DNA from: Octopus sinensis
Lineage: Eukaryota
DNA: 64,000 nucleotides
NCBI RefSeq assembly: GCF_006345805.1
Contig: NC_043007.1
Location: forward strand, 36,580,001-36,644,000
Reading direction: 5' to 3'
The notes below the pieces were generated by a model that did not search any database, was not told where the DNA came from, and worked only from the letters and a program-made list of their open reading frames with translations. Of this stretch, positions 12,784 through 23,999 are shown piece after piece. Position numbers and translations under genes: made by a program. Position 1 is the stretch's first letter; every line of letters begins with the position of its first letter.

Positions 12784-12970
12784 AGTGCCACATAAAAGCA
12801 CCCATTACACTCTTGGAGTGGTTGGCATTAGGAAGGACATTGAGCCGTAGAAATGGAGCCAAATCAAACTGGAGTCTGGTGCAGCTCCCCAGCTTACCAG
12901 CACTGGTCAAATTGTCCAACCCATGCCAGCATGGACAATGGACGTTAAATGATGATGATGATGATGATGA
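12784..12970 (+). mobile_element. RTE-LINE 3'-end copy
   Basis: Conserved tail and (GAT)n. Confidence 0.8.
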
Positions 12971-13109
12971 TCTTGCTAATGTCATAAGAATTTCTAAATT
13001 TTGAGAGAATGCGAAATAATTCATTTTTGTAATGGAGAATCTTGAAGCAGAAAAAGCTATAAATAAAAGCCATAAATAATTGTAAATATTGTGTGCATGT
13101 GTATCATCA

Positions 13110-13505
13110 CTATCATCATTTAATGTTTGTTTTCCATGCTGGCATGGGTAGGAAAGTTTGACAGAACTAGCAAGCCAGGGAGCTGCACCAAGTTCCAATC
13201 TAATTTAGCATGGTTTCTACAGCTGGATGCCCTTCCTAGAGTGAAGTAGGTACTTTTTACATGCCACAGCATAGGTGCCAGTTATGTGACACAGGCATCG
13301 GCCACGACTATGATCTCACATGGTTTGAGAGGTCTTCTCAAGCATGGTATAACACCAAAGGTGTCGGTCACTTGTCACTGCCTCCATGAACTGCAATGCT
13401 CGAATGGTGCTCTTTACGTGTCACCAGCATGAGTTCCAGTCATATGGCACTAGCATCGGCCGTGACTATGATTTCACTTGGCTTGACATGTCTTCTCAAG
13501 CACAG
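13110..13505 (-). mobile_element. RTE-LINE 3'-end copy
   Basis: catcatcatttaatgtttgttttccatgctggcatggg ... is the reverse tail; includes longer 3'UTR like 26500-26640. Confidence 0.75.
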
Positions 13506-13528
13506 CATATGGTGTGTATGTATGTATG

Positions 13529-13571
<43 letters not shown>

Positions 13572-13639
13572 TGTGTGTGTGTGTGTGCTTGCGGAGACCT
13601 ATTGAGTCAAGTATATCAACATCAAAAAATTAAATAGAA

Positions 13640-13890
13640 ATTGTAGTTGTGATACATGTGCCGGTGGCACGTAAAAACCACCATCCAAATGTGGCCGATG
13701 CTAGCGCTGCCTTAACTGGCTTCTGTGCCAGTGGCACATAAAGAGCACCAACCGATTGTGGGCCATTGCCAGCCTCCCTTGGCACCTGTGCTGGTAGCAT
13801 GTAAAAAGCACCCACTACACTCACGGAGTGGTTGGCATTAGGAAGGGCATCCAGCTGTAGAAACACTGCCAGATCAGACTGGAGCCTACC
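13640..13890 (+). mobile_element. RTE-LINE 3'UTR copy, tail truncated
   Basis: Three repeat units then gagtggttggcattaggaaggg. Confidence 0.8.
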
Positions 13891-14110
13891 TCCACATTAT
13901 AGTGTAGTGGCTGAGTATTCCTCAAACACATGTGCTTCTAATGTAATTCGTAGCAGTATGTGGCAACACTGAAAATTTGAAGTAGAGGTGCAATCCATCA
14001 GATGAGCTTTGAACAGTTTCCAATGACCCAATTTCATTCACAAGGCTTGGTTCTTTAGAGGATATGGTAAACGACACTTACCCAAAATATCATGTAGTAA
14101 AATTGAACAT

Positions 14111-14522
14111 GGCATAAGAGTGGCTGTGTGGTAAGTCGCTTGCTTACCAACCACATGGTTCCAGGTTCAGTCCCACTATGTGGCACCTTGGGCAAGTGTC
14201 TTCTACTATAGCCTTGGGCCGACCAAAGCCTTGAGTAGATTTGGTAGATGGAAACTGAAAGAAGCCCGTCGTATATATGTATATATATATATGTATGTGT
14301 GCGTATATGTTTGTGTGTGTGTGTGCTTGTCCCCCAACATCACTTGACAACCAATGCTTGTGTGTTTACGTCCCTGTAACTTAGCAGTTCGGCAAAAGAG
14401 ACCGATAGAATAAGTACTAGGCTTACAAAGAATAAGTCCTGGGGTCGATTTGCTCAACTAAAGGCGGTGCTCCAGCATGGCCACAGTCAAATGACTGAAA
14501 CAAGTAAAAGAAAAGAAAGAAA
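14111..14522 (+). mobile_element. SINE-A, full length
   Basis: Head, internal microsatellite and tail gactgaaacaagtaaaaga all present. Confidence 0.9.
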
Positions 14523-15184
14523 GAATGGGACTTAATGATTGTGAAGTGAATTTCTTAACCATTCAACCATGTTGCATTCATATTACACGCACACATATAT
14601 ACACACATTATGTATATAGATATGTAGATATAAATATGCATATGTGCATAGATACACGTGCATATGTGTGTTATCATAAATGCATACACACATATTCATA
14701 TATGTGTGAGTGTGTGTGAAGTCAATTGGTAATTTGGCTATTATGACACTGTAATATTGTATTTGATTAATAATAATCACAACAACAACAATAATAATAA
14801 TGATGATAATAATAATAATGATAATGATATTAATAATAATAATAATGGTAATACACACACATATATATAATTCGATGTTTATGAAGAGATAGATGCAGAC
14901 ATACATACATACATACATACATACATACATACATACATACAAATGTGCATATGTACATACATACATACTGACAGACAGACAGACATACTATTAATATAAT
15001 TAAAGTAAACAACTGAACATTAAATTTATAATTTGCAGAAACTTTCTTTCATTAATCTCTCTGGTTTAAGGATCTACTAATTGTTTTTTTTTTTTTCATT
15101 ATTAATTTTTGAAACAATATGAAATATATAATTAGTTTAGTGAACAGTGAAATGACTCATCTATGGCATGAACTTCTCAAACGA

Positions 15185-15395
15185 ATCATTTAAACTGCCA
15201 GAAATAGCAGCTAAATCTCCCTTAAATCAGACCCTACCACCTTGTATAAAAAAAGACATTACATGTTGCATTTCTAGATTCCTCAGGAAAAATGACATTG
15301 TCAAGCCTGTGTTGTTTTTGATCATACTTATGTAATATCAGGGACTTAACTGGGATTAATTACTACAAACAACAACAACAACAACAAAAACAACA
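15185..15395 (+). mobile_element. SINE-G remnant ((CAA)n tail)
   Basis: gccagaaatagcagctaaatctcccttaaatcagaccctacc ... acaacaacaac; related copies at 44515-44722 (+), 55430-55670 (+), 56580-56790 (-), 28495-28660 (-). Confidence 0.55.
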
Positions 15396-15419
15396 AGGAA
15401 GTCACAATAGGGTTTTACA

Positions 15420-15760
15420 CCAACTAATGAAAGAGCTTGTATGAGGACTTAAACTAGCCAATCAGAACCCTTCTAATTTCTTAGACTAGACAATGAGGAA
15501 GCTTGTATGAGGTTATGTACTAACAAATCAGAGACCAGTATTTCTTACACAACCCAATGGGAAAGCTTGTATGAAGCCATGTACAAGCCAATCAAGGACG
15601 GCTACATTTCTCACACAAGCCAAGGATAGAGGTCAGACTAGCCAAAAAGTAAGCCTCACCATGGTCTCAAATGAGCCAATCAGAGACTTTCCACAGTCTC
15701 ACACAAGCCAATAAGAAAAGCCTTAACATAACCACACAAGCTAACGAGATATCCTCAACA
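15420..15760 (+). repeat. Degenerate ~33-bp tandem array carrying CCAAT motifs
   Basis: About 11 units; perfect CCAAT at 15458, 15554, 15588, 15676 and 15708. Confidence 0.75.
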
Positions 15761-16039
15761 TGGTTTCTCAGTTTGCTACAAAAATCTCCTTCAAACCTTA
15801 TCTTATAATCTTAAAATGTGAAGATACACTAGATGAAGTACTCTAGAAATGTATTATCTTAAAATAAATTGATGGTATCTAAAATGCTTTCACTAAAAGG
15901 AAGTTGTTGGGTTTTTTTCTCAGATCTGACTCAGAGCTAAATAACAACTGAAACACATATAACATTGATATCTTTACGCATCTTGTGTATTCTTTCTTCT
16001 TCCAGATTCTAGTTTCATATATAATATTGTGTGTGTGTG

Positions 16040-16335
16040 TGAAGCTGCATGGCCAAGTGGTTAGAGTGTTTCACTCACAAATGGCAGATCATGAGTTCAA
16101 TTCTCAGATTGGACGATGTATTGTGTTCTTGAGCAAGATACTTCATTTCACATTATTCCAGTCCTCTCAGCTGTAAAGGGGTAACCCTAAAATGGACTAA
16201 CTTTCCAATATGAGGGAATGCTGGGCTGCTCACTTAGCCAGTAGGGTGACATCATTCAAAAGTGAAAAGAGTGCAAAATGCATTATGACCAGCAATGTAT
16301 CATGACATCCGATAGCCAGGCCAATCACAAGTTCA
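16040..16335 (+). mobile_element. SINE with E-type head and the tail of the 46251 copy
   Basis: tggccaagtggttagag (A-box), gagttcaattc (B-box), gtgttcttgagcaagatac. Confidence 0.7.
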
Positions 16336-16339
16336 CGTG

Positions 16340-16381
<42 letters not shown>

Positions 16382-16515
16382 ATGTGCGCGTGCATAAATG
16401 CCAAACAATGAAGAATTTTTTAAAGTTGATCACATGAATGAATTGAATTTGGTGTTTTCATCAAAAATAGAGACAAATTATTATTATTATTATTATATCG
16501 TGTTCAGCTTGAAAG

Positions 16516-16802
16516 ATTGTTAAGACATTAAGATATTTTTCTTAACATGAAACTAACGGTAGCCTTAATACACAAAATATATACATATATAATACAGGGT
16601 GTCCCCAAAAAAAAGTATACACATAGTGGTTTCGGCAAAGAGAACGATAGCATAAGTACTAGGCTTACAAAGAATAACAAATTATAATTATTTAAGGTGT
16701 GTATACCTTTTTTGGGACACCCTGTATATATAAATGTATATATTTGTGTATAAGGCTACCATTAGTTTTCATGTTAAGAAAATATCTTAATGTCTTAACA
16801 AT
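16516..16802. repeat. Long inverted repeat (~107-bp arms) enclosing a Tc1-like TIR pair
   Basis: 16516-16623 is the reverse complement of 16698-16802 apart from a few small indels and mismatches. Confidence 0.9.
16595..16724. mobile_element. Tc1/mariner-like MITE-shaped unit, 130 bp
   Basis: TA|cagggtgtccccaaaaaaaagtatacac ... gtgtataccttttttgggacaccctg|TA. Confidence 0.6.
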
Positions 16803-16847
16803 TTTTATATATATATATAATATATATTATAATATATATATATATAT

Positions 16848-17052
16848 AACTTATAAACAAGGGCAAAAGAAAAAAATTCTAATGCCAAATATGCTGAAAA
16901 TAGATTTAAGTCATCAATAACTTACTTCGAGATGTCGGCTTACTTCGAGACGCGTGCTTATAGTGATGAATTTTATGGTTATTGATGACTTAAGTCTATT
17001 TTCAGCATATTTGGCATTTAGAATTTTTTTCTTTTGCCCTTGTTTATAAGTT
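16848..17052. repeat. Long inverted repeat (~75-bp arms, 56-bp loop)
   Basis: 16848-16921 vs 16978-17052 differ by one mismatch and one 1-nt indel. Confidence 0.9.
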
Positions 17053-18116
17053 GTTTATAAATTTAACCTTTAAAGGTATTTTTTAATATGCTGGCCATTC
17101 ATAGAATATGTTTCGAAAAATTTTATCCTATATTAGATGTGTATATATATATAATTTTTTTATAATTATGAGTATAATTATAATTAGGGTTCAGCAAAAA
17201 ATTTGCTTCACCACATACCAAAAATTTAGAAATAGCAGCCAAACACCTACCATAAGAGAATCTCCCAGACAGCATATACTCAAAAACAATTCACGTAGGT
17301 AAAAAGAAAAAACAACGAAATTCACCAGGTAGTTTGATTAACTGTGGACATGTTTCAGAGTTAGATAGATATGAAAAATGTAAAACGACATCTTCACACT
17401 ATCATTCTCGCTCATCAGCACAGTATTTCAGATTTTAAATTTCAGAGCACTGAAAAAATTGAACATACCAATCTGAATCCAAGCAACATCAGACAAAACA
17501 CATATAATGAGCTTATTGTATGCAATGCTCATGTGCATTGCTACTCAGAGAATATTACAAGATGGGACAGGGAGTAAGTAAAGAAAGAAAGCAATGGAAG
17601 CTAGAAGCACATGAACAGTACACAGAATAAAATACAAACATAGAGAAAGTGAATATTAACCCTTTAGAAACCAGCCTACCCAAGACTGCCCCTGATCCTG
17701 ATATAAATTTCTTGCTTTAATCTGATCTAAATTAAAACCTGCCTTCAAAAGTTCAGGCCAAATTATGCTCCAAACGCCAACTTAATAAAGACAAAATTAT
17801 TTTAATAATTCAGCCTCCGTGCAAGTGGCACGTAAAAAGCACCATCCGATTGTATAGTTGTGAGAAGGTGGTTATGGAGATAGTAGATGATGGGGGAGGG
17901 AGTGTGTGGGGGAGAGGGGAAGAGAGAAAAGAAGTCAATTATGAGAAAAGAAGGGACAGAGTAGAAATATGAGGTGGGTTGGATAGAGGGAATCTGAAGT
18001 TATTTTACATTATAAAGGTGAATATAGATGGATAGGAAATGTTTTAGTGCCATAAATTTGGTATCACTGATCTGATGCTGACTTATTTGACATCGAGATG
18101 GTTTAATGTTTCTCTC

Positions 18117-18431
18117 ATTCTGGCACGTAAAAAGCACCATCCGCTCGTAGCCATTGCCAGCCTCGCCTGGCCCCCATGCCGGTGGCACGTAAAAAGCACT
18201 ATCCGACCGTGGCCGTTTGCCAGCCTCGTCTGGCACCTGTGCCGGTGGCACGTAAAAAGCACCCACTATACTCATGGAGTGGTTGGCATTAGGAAGGGCA
18301 TCCAGCCGTAGAAACATTGCCAGATCAGACTGGGCCTGGTGTAGCCTTCTGGCTTCCCAGACCCCAGTTGAACCGTCCAACCCATGCCAGCATGGAAAGC
18401 AGACGCTAAACAATGATGATGATGATGATGA
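18117..18431 (+). mobile_element. RTE-LINE 3'-end copy
   Basis: Three repeat units, tail and (GAT)n. Confidence 0.85.
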
Positions 18432-18669
18432 TGTTTTCAGTGTTTTTATAATTAATTGAAATAAAGACAGACAAAAATATGGTAATAAAAGGGTTGAAAG
18501 AAACATAAGAATACGGATGTTGGTGAATTTCAGGAAGCTTGGAATTTTTGAAAGATGCAGTATCCTGACAGTTAACAATGGTAGTTTATTCTATGCTTTA
18601 ACAATTCTGAGTATGAAGGATTCCAAAAGTCATAGGCACTGCACCATTTTTTGATTTTATATGTAGGAG

Positions 18670-18965
18670 TGGTGGGACATTCTAGCAGAATCAGTAGAAC
18701 ACCAGGCAATATGCCACATTTTTTTTTTCTCCAGTTTCAGCTCAGAGCTGTGGCCATACTGATGCACCACCATTTGAAAAATATGGAACGCTTCACGAAT
18801 TTGCATGTCATCCTTGCGCAGAGGCCATGCTAATCTTCTCTATATCGTTCCAATTTTAGAACATGTACCGCCGTAGTTAGTACATTGGTACATTGGTAGT
18901 TTTGTTCTGTCAATTTATATTCTGAGTTCAGATCCTGCCAGAGTTAATTTTGCCTTTCATCTTCC
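18670..18965 (+). mobile_element. Old SINE-B head interrupted by the U6 insertion
   Basis: agcagaatcagtagaacaccaggcaatatgc [insert] ttggtagttttgttctgtcaatttatattctgagttcagatcctgcc ... ttttgcctttcatc. Confidence 0.65.
18777..18883 (-). pseudogene. U6: U6 snRNA full-length copy (107 nt), probably a processed pseudogene
   Basis: Minus strand: GTACTAACTACGGCGGTACATGTTCTAAAATTGGAACGATATAGAGAAGATTAGCATGGCCTCTGCGCAAGGATGACATGCAAATTCGTGAAGCGTTCCATATTTTT; the ACAGAGA box reads ATAGAGA. Confidence 0.93.
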
Positions 18966-19089
18966 ACTCCTGCCTAGTCCCTACCACAGCCTCTAATCCA
19001 CCACCACCACCCCCAATGACCCTGAGACCTGCCTCTGCAATCATTCAATGTAAGCCCTCTGATTTCAATGTAAACCTCACACTTTTCCA

Positions 19090-19260
19090 CTCAGCCAATG
19101 AAAGAGCTTTGGTGAGATCTCATGCTAAAGCAATGCGAGAGCTTGTAATGTGGCCTCACACTAGCCAATGAATGAGCATCTATATGGCCTCACAGCAGCC
19201 AATGAGAGAGCTTGCATTTGGTCTCATACAAACCATTAAGAGGTTTCCATTTGAGGTCTC
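19090..19260 (+). repeat. Second CCAAT-bearing tandem array (34-35-bp period, about 5 units)
   Basis: agccaatga-a/g-gagcttg ... g-cc/tc-tcac units starting near 19095, 19130, 19165, 19199 and 19233. Confidence 0.75.
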
Positions 19261-19849
19261 TCTCACACTCGTGCCAGCGACTGTTGTAGCATAAACATGG
19301 TAGTAGAGACACAGAACAAACATGGATAATAGGCATTGAGAATGAGTGGAGTGAATGTGTGAGAGAGTGAGTGTGGTGGCAGTGCCGGGGGGGGGGGGGG
19401 GTTAGTAAGGGTGGTTATAGTGTGCATGATTAGAGGTCAAATTTTCTCAGGCAGATAACACTTTCAGAGTATGGGCCCAGATTGTATGTGAGAGTTTGAA
19501 TACTTTTGTGAATGTATGTGTTAAGTGATGCCAAGAATTAACCCTTGTTCTACCTCCACGTTGTGCACATGAGTCTATGTGTAACTGTGTGTGTTCTTTG
19601 CAACGTTTCTTTCTTTTGTTGTTGCTGTTCTTGTTGTTGTTGTTCATTCCCCGCCACCTTTAACATTAGTTATTCTACCTCTACAGTACAATGAAAGCAT
19701 TGATCTGTTGTAGTACTGTGGAGTGGAGAGGGATAGGGTGGCGTAGGGTCTGGCAAAGGGTTCGGCGCAGGGGTTGGTATGGTGTGGTGTATATGTTGAA
19801 ACTTTGTATTACAACTGAGGCTTTGTGGTAGGAATCTTAACACAAAGTC

Positions 19850-19887
19850 ACACACACATACATACATGTATGTGTGTGTGTATGTAC

Positions 19888-19951
<64 letters not shown>

Positions 19952-20259
19952 TTATATATATATATATACATACACACATATATATACATATATATATATA
20001 TATACATACATATAAGCACATACATACATGCACATATATACATATACATATGCATACACACACATATATATACATACACACACACATATATACATATACA
20101 TATGCATACACACACATATATACATATACATATGCATACACACACATATATATATACACATGCATGCGCACATATATATATATACACATGCATACACATA
20201 TATATACATATATATACATACACACATATATATACACACACACATATACACACACTCAC

Positions 20260-20294
<35 letters not shown>

Positions 20295-20333
20295 TATACA
20301 CGCACACATATACACACACACACATATACATGC

Positions 20334-20383
<50 letters not shown>

Positions 20384-20632
20384 GTATGTATATACATACA
20401 CACACACATATATACATAGCTGATATTTACAGAAAACAAAAGACGAAGACAGGTATATAAACAACATACATAAACACACATACATATATATATATACATA
20501 CACATATATAAATAAAAATATATGACATATATATATATATATATATATACACAAACACACAAATAAGTATACATACAAATACAATCTCATATACAGACAC
20601 ATTAACACTTTCATTTGCATATGAGTGTGTAT

Positions 20633-20687
<55 letters not shown>

Positions 20688-20705
20688 ACATACACACACA
20701 TACAT
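19850..20705. repeat. Compound (TA)/(CA) microsatellite
   Basis: Seen directly; includes a short ~26-bp sub-repeat at 20036-20150. Confidence 0.9.
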
Positions 20706-21169
20706 AAAAAGAAATGTTTTGGTTGGAAAATGAGAGTAACACAGCATCAAAAGAATATGATATAAATCTATAGAAAAGCGAAGAGAAAAGTGAAAGGTTA
20801 ATGTCCTGACTGACAGCCACCATTTTCCTTATCTGTTTTATTGTTACTGTATGATTTTTAATACAACACATACATAATATACATTTATACTGAACAACTC
20901 TCCTTTAATGCTTCGAATTAATACTTCAGTTCTGATCTGTTGTTGACCAGCTACAATAGTTCAAGTATGGCTTATATTGGAGTACGGCTCTCATATATCT
21001 GTGAATCTAAGAAATGTGTGCTACTGTTTCTGAACATACATACATACATACATATACACACATACTTAGGCTGCATCTAAAAGAAGACCATCTGACCTTC
21101 TGATCGATTGATAAATAATGATTGACACATAACGACCTCTACCTCACAGATGAAATCCCACCCTTATAT

Positions 21170-21212
21170 ATTTCTGTGTATGCATATATACACATACACA
21201 CATATATGTATG

Positions 21213-21245
<33 letters not shown>

Positions 21246-21735
21246 ATAGTATATATATATATATTATATATATACACACATACATACATACATATAAACA
21301 CCTATATACATACATAATTATACATATATATATATATATATACATACACACATGCACACATACATGCATGTGTATATGTATATAATAAAGACTAGTGCTA
21401 AATCTATCTTGTTTCCTTCATCCATTATACACACAGATATATATATATGCATACATAAACATACACATATATGTATATATTCACATGTATACATATATGT
21501 GCATATATATATGCATACACATATGCATACATATATAAACATATATGTGCACGTGTGTGTGCAAATGCTTGCATGCGTGTACACACACATATATATATGC
21601 ATACATATACAAACGCATATATGTATATATGCACATGCATACATATACATGTATGTATATATATATGTGCATATATATATATGCATACACATATGCATAC
21701 ATATATAAACATATATATGTGCACATGTCTGTGTG
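21170..21735. repeat. Compound TA/CA/TGCA microsatellite with internal duplication
   Basis: Block tatatgtgcatatatatatgcatacacatatgcatacatatataaacatatatgtgcac occurs twice. Confidence 0.85.
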
Positions 21736-22474
21736 TGTGCCACGCTTCCATGCGTGTATACCCTTGTCTTGACATCCAGTGGTGGTCATAAAAAGTCATC
21801 ACTGTCATGCAAGCAATGTACCTTTCCAGTTTCCTATAAGAAGCTTATCAGGACATACAGGTGAGGGTTGGCAACAGGAAGGGCATCCAGCCATAGAGAA
21901 TCTGCCTCAACAAATTCCATTCAACCCATGAGAACCTATAGACAAATGAAAGTTAAACAATGATGGTTAAGATGTGTTTGTTTTCACTGATATTGAAACC
22001 ATTTGAGCTATGTGGATTTTGTCTCCTGAGGACCAGTGGTGTAGCTAATAGGGGAGCAAGGAGAGCGACCGCTCTTCCTGAGCACGTTTTTCCAAAATTG
22101 GCACCTTTTCGATGCTGGCATGTTTACATCCCCATAACTTAGAGGTTCGGCAAAAGAGACCGATAGAATAAGTGGTACGCTTACAAAGAATAAGTCCTGG
22201 GGTTGATTTGCTCAACTAAAGGCGGTGCTCCAGCATGGCTACAGTCAAATGACTGAAACAAGTAAAAGAGTAAAAGAGTAGAATACAATTACATATATTA
22301 TAACTATATGAAATATTTTGCTTAATATAAGGCAAATGAATTTTAAATTGTTTAGAACATGTCATACCGCCTTTTTTTTATGTGCTCACTCCCCCTAACT
22401 TTGGAACCTAGCTACACCCTCTGCTGTAGACAATACATCACATAGCTTGTTGGTATCATGTGAACACATAAATA

Positions 22475-22685
22475 CAGTAATCATTCGTCTATTGCAGGTG
22501 TCACATTCCAAACCCCCCCGTGAGAGGTGAAAATCCACAAAGTAGAAACAGTACTGTATTGTATATTATTTTAAATTATTTTTGTAATTTGTATATATTT
22601 ATTTTATTATAAATGCAAAACACCACGGAGGAATCTTAAATAATAAACTGCAATAGGTGAACCACGATATGGTGAGGAATTACTG
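22475..22685. mobile_element. Tigger/pogo-like MITE
   Basis: TA|cagtaatcattcgtctat ... atatggtgaggaattactg|TA; a related right end is at 23735-23921. Confidence 0.7.
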
Positions 22686-22745
22686 TAGATTAAAAATACC
22701 TTACTTGAAGAACAAGAGCTGCCAATAGAAAGGATATCCAGCTAT

Positions 22746-23103
22746 GGGCGCAGGAGTGGCTGTGTGGTAAGTAGCTTGCTAACCAACCACATAGTTCCGG
22801 GTTCAATCCCACTGCGTGGCATCTTGGGCAAGTGTCTTCTGCTATAGCCCCGGGCCGACCAATGCCTTGAGTGGATTTGGTAGACGGAAACTGAAAGAAG
22901 CCTGTCGTATATATGTATGTATATATATGTATGTGTGTGTGTGTTTACGTCCCCGTCACTTAGCGGTTCGGCAAAAAGAGACCGATAGAATAAGTACTGG
23001 GCTCACAAATAGAATAAGTCCCGGGGTCGAGTTGCTCGACTAAAGGCGGTGCTCCAGCATGGCCGCAGTCAAATGACTGAAACAAGTAAAAGAGTAAAGA
23101 GTA
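22746..23103 (+). mobile_element. SINE-A, full length, young
   Basis: CpGs retained; complete head, microsatellite and tail. Confidence 0.92.
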
Positions 23104-23144
23104 TAGGATATTGACCTCTCAGTCTCATCCAACACATACTAACA

Positions 23145-23545
23145 TCATCATCATCATCACCATCATCATCGTCGTCGTCGTCGTTTAACATCCGTTTTCC
23201 ATGCTAGCATGGGTTGGACGATTTGACTGAGGACTGGCGAACCAGTTGGCTGCACCAGGCTCCAGTCTTGATCTGGCAGAGTTTCTACAGCTGGATGCCC
23301 TTCCTAATGCCAACCACCGAGAGTGTAGTGGGTGCTTTTACGTGCCACCGGCACAAGGGCCAGTCAGGCGGTACTGGCAACGGCCATGCTCAAATGGTGT
23401 TTTTACCAGTCCAGCGGCACTGGCAACAACATCACTCGAATGTTTTTTCACGTTCCACTGGCACTAGTGCCAATAAGGTGACGCTGGTAACGATCACGCT
23501 CAAATGGTGCTTTTTATGTGCCACCAGCACAGAAGCCAATTAGCC
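23145..23545 (-). mobile_element. RTE-LINE 3'-end copy
   Basis: (cat)n followed by the reverse tail and repeat units. Confidence 0.85.
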
Positions 23546-23922
23546 ACTCTGGCATACTTTTTAAAGTTTTCTCTAGAGATGTTCTATAAAAATTAGAGCC
23601 AGCACTGAAAGTTACATTTCATATACGAATACATCTATGTAAACAATGTATTGGAAGATAGAAAAATAGGTAAAATACATATAAAAAAGGTAGATAATGA
23701 TTGACACATAAGGACCTCTACCTCACAGATAGTCCTTTGTGTTATGTTCCAAAACCTCCCACAGAAATAATTAAAATCTAAAAATATATAAATACCTATT
23801 GGCCGCACAAACCCGCAAAACACTGAGGAGTCCACAATATAAATTTACGTATATTAACCAGAAAAATCTGTGATGTACTGAGTGCGTGATGGGTGAACCG
23901 CGTTATGGTGAGGGATTATTGT

Positions 23923-23953
<31 letters not shown>

Positions 23954-23999
23954 CACACGCGCATGCGCATGCACACATACACATATGGATGTATGGTTG

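Noticed and set aside
17446-17573. Possible 128-nt exon (ttcag| ... |gtaagt)
   Set aside because: Weak pyrimidine tract, AT-rich, and the peptide is not protein-like.
18884-18925. TATAAA about 30-35 nt upstream of U6 as a Pol III promoter
   Set aside because: It lies within the SINE-B remnant, I see no recognisable PSE, and the U6 has a mutated ACAGAGA box.
19730-19773. Five G-tracts, a possible G-quadruplex
   Set aside because: Loops of 7-9 nt and no supporting context; common by chance.
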